Positions 48,843 through 56,810 of a stretch of DNA of 56,810 nt are shown piece after piece (positions within the stretch are counted from its first letter, which is position 1; every line of letters begins with the position of its first letter). Made by a program: the position numbers and the translations under genes. The DNA is from Gammaproteobacteria bacterium (GTDB lineage Bacteria; Pseudomonadota; Gammaproteobacteria; Thiohalorhabdales; Thiohalorhabdaceae): the NCBI GenBank assembly GCA_035267605.1, contig DATFLO010000087.1, forward strand, positions 1 to 56,810, read 5' to 3'. The notes below the pieces were generated by a model. That model worked only from the letters and a program-made list of their open reading frames with translations, was not told the origin of the DNA and did no database searches.

Positions 48843-49622
48843 ATGGCCAAGGTGATCGCGGTAACCAATCAGAAGGGCGGGGTGGGCAAGACCACCACGT
48901 CCGTCAACCTGGCCGCCTCGCTGGCGGTGGCCGAGCAGCGGGTGCTGGTGGTGGACATCGACCCGCAGGGCAATGCCACCATGGGCCTGGGCTACGACAA
49001 AAAGGCGCAGGAAACCACCGCCTACCAGGTCCTCATGGGGGAGGTGCCCATCGCCGATGCCATCCTGCACGCGGAGGATGGCGGCCACCGCACCCCCGAT
49101 CTGATCCCGAGCAACAGCAACCTCTCCGGGGCGGAGGTGGAGCTGGTGGACCAGGAAAACCGGGAGCGCCGCCTGCGCCGAGCCCTTGCCGAGCTCCACG
49201 ATGCCTACGACTTCATCCTCATCGATTGCCCGCCGTCGCTGAACCTGCTCACGGTCAACGCGCTGGTGGCGGCCCATTCGGTCCTCATCCCCATCCAGAC
49301 CGAGTACTACGCCCTCGAGGGCCTGTCCCAGCTGATGGAGGTGATCCAGAAGATCCGGCGCCGATCCAATCCCCAGCTGCGCATCGAGGGCCTGCTCCTG
49401 ACCATGTACGACAACCGCAACAACCTGGCCAACCAGGTCTCGGAGGAGGTGCGCAGCCACTTCGGCCGCAAGGTCTACGAGACCGTGATTCCCCGCAACG
49501 TGCGCCTCGGGGAGGCCCCCAGCTACGGCATGCCGGTAATCTATTACGATGCCCTGTGCAGGGGCTCGCGCTCCTACATGGATCTGGCCAACGAGATCAT
49601 GGACCTCGGGGTCCCGGCATGA
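48843..49622 (+). CDS. parA: Chromosome partitioning ATPase ParA/Soj
   Basis: NQKGGVGKTTT, DIDPQGNAT, IDCPPSL, EYYALEGL, IPRNVRLGEAPS; AAGGAG RBS. Confidence 0.96.
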   Translation: MAKVIAVTNQKGGVGKTTTSVNLAASLAVAEQRVLVVDIDPQGNATMGLGYDKKAQETTAYQVLMGEVPIADAILHAEDGGHRTPDLIPSNSNLSGAEVELVDQENRERRLRRALAELHDAYDFILIDCPPSLNLLTVNALVAAHSVLIPIQTEYYALEGLSQLMEVIQKIRRRSNPQLRIEGLLLTMYDNRNNLANQVSEEVRSHFGRKVYETVIPRNVRLGEAPSYGMPVIYYDALCRGSRSYMDLANEIMDLGVPA

Positions 49623-50488
49623 GCAAGCGCCGCCTGGGACGGGGACTCGATGCCCTGCTGAGCGAGGACTACGGGGAGGAGCCCGGCGGCGGGGGCGAAG
49701 GGGTGCAGCAGCTGCCGGTGGACATGATCCGCCCCGGCGCCTTCCAGCCGCGCCAGCAGATGGACGACGGCGCCCTGCAGGAGCTGGCGGAATCCATCCG
49801 CGCCCAGGGCATCGTGCAGCCGGTGCTGGTGCGCGCCGATCCCGAGCGCGGCGATTACGAGCTGATCGCCGGCGAGCGCCGCTGGCGGGCCGCCCAGCTC
49901 GCCGGCCTGGACAGCATCCCGGCCATGATCCGGGAGCTGTCCGACGACCAGGCCCTGGAAATCGCGCTGATCGAGAACATCCAGCGCGAGGAGCTGACCC
50001 CGGTGGAGGAGGCGCGCGCCTTCGAGCGCCTGACCAAGGAGTTCGGCCTGACCCACGACGCCCTGGCCGAGGCGGTCGGGCGCAAGCGCACCACCATCTC
50101 CAACACCCTCCGGCTCCTGCGCCTGCCGCGCGAGGTCCAGCAGGCCCTCGACGAGGGCGCGCTGCGCATGGGGCATGCGCGCGCCCTGCTGGCCCTGGAG
50201 GGCGACGACCGGCTCGGCGAGGTCGCCCACGAGGTGATCAAGAAGGGCCTGTCGGTGCGGGCCGCCGAGGACCGGGTGCGCAAGGCCACCAAGGAGCCCG
50301 CGGCCGGGGAGACCCCCGCCAAGCCGGCGGCCAACCGCAAGGATCCGGATGTGGAGCGCCTGGAGCAGGACCTCGGCGAGCGCCTCGGTGCCAAGGTGCG
50401 CATCACCCAGCGCAAGAACCGCGGCCGCCTGGAGATCGAGTACGCCTCCCTCGAGGAGCTCGAGGGTATCGTGGAGCGCATCCGCTAG
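49619..50488 (+). CDS. parB: Chromosome partitioning protein ParB
   Basis: LGRGLDALL, QPR, IAGERRWRA, LIENIQRE, HTH; ATGA overlap with parA. Confidence 0.96.
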   Translation: MSKRRLGRGLDALLSEDYGEEPGGGGEGVQQLPVDMIRPGAFQPRQQMDDGALQELAESIRAQGIVQPVLVRADPERGDYELIAGERRWRAAQLAGLDSIPAMIRELSDDQALEIALIENIQREELTPVEEARAFERLTKEFGLTHDALAEAVGRKRTTISNTLRLLRLPREVQQALDEGALRMGHARALLALEGDDRLGEVAHEVIKKGLSVRAAEDRVRKATKEPAAGETPAKPAANRKDPDVERLEQDLGERLGAKVRITQRKNRGRLEIEYASLEELEGIVERIR

Positions 50489-50519
50489 CGCCGACGGCCG
50501 GCGCGCCGGCGAGGGATGA

Positions 50520-50548
50520 TTGACTTCCCCGGTGCACTCCCTTAGTAT
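50520..50548 (+). promoter_or_regulatory. Sigma70-type promoter of the atp operon
   Basis: TTGACT-N17-TAGTAT. Confidence 0.65.
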
Positions 50549-50724
50549 CCGCGCCGGATTTCGAACCGCGTACCCAGACGCCTGCAACGCCAGAAACAGG
50601 GCGGCCGGGCCCCGCGCCCAATCCCAAGTTCGAGCGCGGGGCGCGGGCGGGCTCGTTGCCTGCGGGTCGCCGGTCCTCCCGGTCGCAGCAGCGGTGCGGC
50701 CTGTGCGACCTCCGGAGAGGCCCC

Positions 50725-51982
<1,258 letters not shown>

Positions 51983-52038
51983 GCCGACCGGATGCCGACC
52001 TTCTAACTTCCACGCTTCGCTAACCGCAGGAGGATTCG

Positions 52039-52293
52039 ATGGAACCTGCCACCATCATTACCGCCGCTACCGCCATCGCCGTGGGCATCATCCTCGGCGC
52101 CGCCGGCCTGGGCTCCGCCCTGGGCTGGGGCATGATCACCTCCAAGGCCCTGGAGGGCATCGCCCGCCAGCCCGAGATGCGCCCGCAGCTGCTGACCAAC
52201 ACCTTCATCTTCGCCGGCCTGATGGAGTCGTTCCCGTTCATCGTGCTGGCGCTGGCCCTGTGGTTCGTGTTCGCCAACCCGTTCCTGGGCTAA
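52039..52293 (+). CDS. atpE: ATP synthase F0 subunit c
   Basis: Two TM helices, RQPE loop, carboxylate in GLMESFP; AGGAGG RBS. Confidence 0.97.
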   Translation: MEPATIITAATAIAVGIILGAAGLGSALGWGMITSKALEGIARQPEMRPQLLTNTFIFAGLMESFPFIVLALALWFVFANPFLG

Positions 52294-52367
52294 CGGACAC
52301 TCCCGGCGACCGGGCGGCCGCGTGCCGTCCGGCCGGCTAGTTCGGGACCAATCATAGGGGTACGACC

Positions 52368-52838
52368 GTGAACCTGAATCTGACCCTGATCGGCCAGGCG
52401 ATCACCTTCGTGATCTTCATCTGGCTGTTCCAGCGGTACGTCTACGCCCCCATCAATGCTGCCCTGAAGAACCGGCAGCAGAAGATCCAGGAGGGCCTGG
52501 AGGCGGCCGAGAAGGGCGAGAAGGAGCAGGAGCTCGCCGAGAAGCGGGCCAAGGAGACCATCCACGAGGCCAAGGACAAGGCCAACGAGATGGTGTCCGC
52601 CGCGGAGCGGCGCGCCAACGAGATCCGTGAGGAGGCCGCCAGCGAAGCCCGCCAGGAGGCCGACCGCATTCTGGCCAATGCCCGGGAAGAGACCGAGCAG
52701 GACATGAACCGGGCGCGCCAGGAGCTCAAGCAGAAGGTCGCGGACCTGGCGGTGGAAGGCGCGGAGAAGATCCTGGAGCGCGAGATCGACGCCAAGGCCC
52801 ACTCCGACGTCCTCGACCGCTTGGTAGAGCGCCTGTAA
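52368..52838 (+). CDS. atpF: ATP synthase F0 subunit b
   Basis: NLNLTLIGQAITF, TM plus coiled coil, GAEKIL; 156 aa. Confidence 0.96.
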   Translation: MNLNLTLIGQAITFVIFIWLFQRYVYAPINAALKNRQQKIQEGLEAAEKGEKEQELAEKRAKETIHEAKDKANEMVSAAERRANEIREEAASEARQEADRILANAREETEQDMNRARQELKQKVADLAVEGAEKILEREIDAKAHSDVLDRLVERL

Positions 52839-52848
52839 GGAGGCCCCC

Positions 52849-53385
52849 ATGGCCGACGCCCATACCATTGCCCGGCCCTACGCCGAGGCGATCTTCGAGC
52901 TGGCCAAGGAGCACGGCAGCTTCCAGGACTGGGAGGACACCCTGGAGCTGCTGGCCGCCATCAGCAGCGACGAGCAGATGGACAAGCTGCTGGGCAATCC
53001 GCGGGTTCCCCGCGACCGCAAGGAGAAGGTCTTCCGCGAGGTCGCCGGGGACCGCCTGGGGACGGAGGCCGGCCGGCTCCTCGACGCCCTTTTCGCCAAC
53101 GACCGGGTGGCCTTCCTCCCCGAGGTCCTGGAGATCTACCGGGACCTGCGGCGCAACGCCGAGGGCGAGGTGCACGCGGTGGTGACCGCGGCGCAGCCGC
53201 TGTCGGAGGACAAGGAGCAGGCCATCGCCGATCGCCTTGAGAAGCGCCTGGGCCAGAAGGTCACCGTGGAGAGCCGGGTGGACGAGTCCCTGATGGCGGG
53301 GCTGGTGATCCGGGCCGGCGACCTGGTGATCGACGGCTCCATCCGTGGCGGGCTGGAGCAGCTCCGCAACCAATTGAAAGCCTGA
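52849..53385 (+). CDS. atpH: ATP synthase F1 delta
   Basis: TIARPYAEA, IRAGDLVIDGS. Confidence 0.96.
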   Translation: MADAHTIARPYAEAIFELAKEHGSFQDWEDTLELLAAISSDEQMDKLLGNPRVPRDRKEKVFREVAGDRLGTEAGRLLDALFANDRVAFLPEVLEIYRDLRRNAEGEVHAVVTAAQPLSEDKEQAIADRLEKRLGQKVTVESRVDESLMAGLVIRAGDLVIDGSIRGGLEQLRNQLKA

Positions 53386-53427
53386 ACAGGGAAACGCCTG
53401 CCAGGCCGCGAGGATAGGGGATCGACG

Positions 53428-54969
<1,542 letters not shown>

Positions 54970-55009
54970 CGCGCGCCGTTAGCCAGGCTGCCAACGAGCG
55001 GAGAACGGG

Positions 55010-55873
55010 ATGCCGAGCTCCAAGGAAATCAAGAAGCAGATCGGCTCCATCGAGAACACGAAGAAGATTACTTCGGCGATGGAGATGGTCGCGGCCTCCA
55101 AGATGCGCAAGGCGGAGGCCCGCATGCGCAGCACCCGGCCCTACGCCGACAAGATGCGCCAGGTGATCGGGCACATCGGCAAGGCCCACCCGGAGTACAC
55201 CCACCCGTTCATGGAGGAGCGGGAGGCCAGCAACGCCGGGATCATCGTCATCACCTCCGACCGCGGGCTGTGTGGCGGGCTCAACACCAACGTCCTGCGC
55301 GACACGGTGAACCTGATGGAGGACCTCCGGGGCCAGGGCATCGGCTACCGGGTGGCCGCCATCGGCAAGAAGAGCCTGCCGCTGCTCAACCGCCTCGGCG
55401 CCGACATCGCGGCCGAGAAGTCGGATTACGGGGACGCCCCCGAGGTGACCGACATCGCCGGCACGGTGAAGGTGGTCATGGACGCCTACATGGAGGGCGA
55501 GCTGGACCGGGTCTACCTGGTCTACAACCAGTTCGTGAACACCATGACCCAGAACGTCCAGACCGAGCAGATCCTGCCGATCACCGAGGTGGCCGAGCCG
55601 GACGAGCTGCACTGGGACTACATCTACGAGCCGGAGCCGCAGGCGGTCATCGACGGCCTCATGGAGCGCTACGTGGAGTCCCTGGTCTTCCACGGGCTGG
55701 TGGAGAATATCGCCTCCGAGCAGGCCGCGCGCATGGTGGCCATGAAGAGCGCCTCCGACAACGCCGAGGACCTCATCGAGGACCTCAAGCTGTCCTACAA
55801 CAAGGCGCGTCAGGCGGCCATTACCGCCGAGCTGGCGGAGATCACCTCGGGCGCGGCGGCCCTGGAAGGCTGA
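55010..55873 (+). CDS. atpG: ATP synthase F1 gamma
   Basis: KITSAMEMVAASK, DRGLCGGLN, YNKARQAAITAEL. Confidence 0.97.
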   Translation: MPSSKEIKKQIGSIENTKKITSAMEMVAASKMRKAEARMRSTRPYADKMRQVIGHIGKAHPEYTHPFMEEREASNAGIIVITSDRGLCGGLNTNVLRDTVNLMEDLRGQGIGYRVAAIGKKSLPLLNRLGADIAAEKSDYGDAPEVTDIAGTVKVVMDAYMEGELDRVYLVYNQFVNTMTQNVQTEQILPITEVAEPDELHWDYIYEPEPQAVIDGLMERYVESLVFHGLVENIASEQAARMVAMKSASDNAEDLIEDLKLSYNKARQAAITAELAEITSGAAALEG

Positions 55874-55910
55874 CCCGGCCGCGGCCACCCGGGCCAGGTT
55901 ACACCGGTAA

Positions 55911-56810
<900 letters not shown>

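Noticed and set aside
52039-52293. Na+-translocating ATP synthase call
   Set aside because: ES is present but the helix-1 Gln/Glu and the downstream Thr/Tyr ligands are missing.

Overview
High-GC proteobacterial chromosome segment spanning the replication origin. Acidic proteins and the osmolyte genes suggest a halophile (inference). Left to right: the 3' end of ilvE, a zinc-finger gene, lpxL and a motif-eroded waaA; an ~11 kb choline/glycine-betaine block (orphan binding protein, betA, betB, a MITE, SDR, DMT, TorF-type porin, proXVW-like ABC transporter, internally deleted BCCT remnant); a minus-strand run def-fmt-htpX-rsmB-(degenerate rpe-like)-DUF4390-ntrY-ntrX-(MotA-like/MotB-like pair)-SDR-trkA-trkH; cytochrome c, degenerate parvulin, LysM, dprA, smg, topA; gyrB-recF-dnaN-dnaA; oriC; rpmH-rnpA-yidD-yidC-mnmE-mnmG-(no rsmG)-parAB with three parS sites; atpIBEFHAGD (atpD cut by the window edge). 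Best leads: (1) a non-flagellar MotA/MotB-like (ZorAB-like) ion-motor pair inside the ntrYX-trk run, (2) two ORF-less elements bounded by inverted heptamer-repeat arms, (3) a four-copy 15-bp candidate operator in the betaine block, which has no local betI, (4) an Rpe-like pseudoenzyme. All calls come from reading the sequence by eye and from recalled family motifs; no searches were run.
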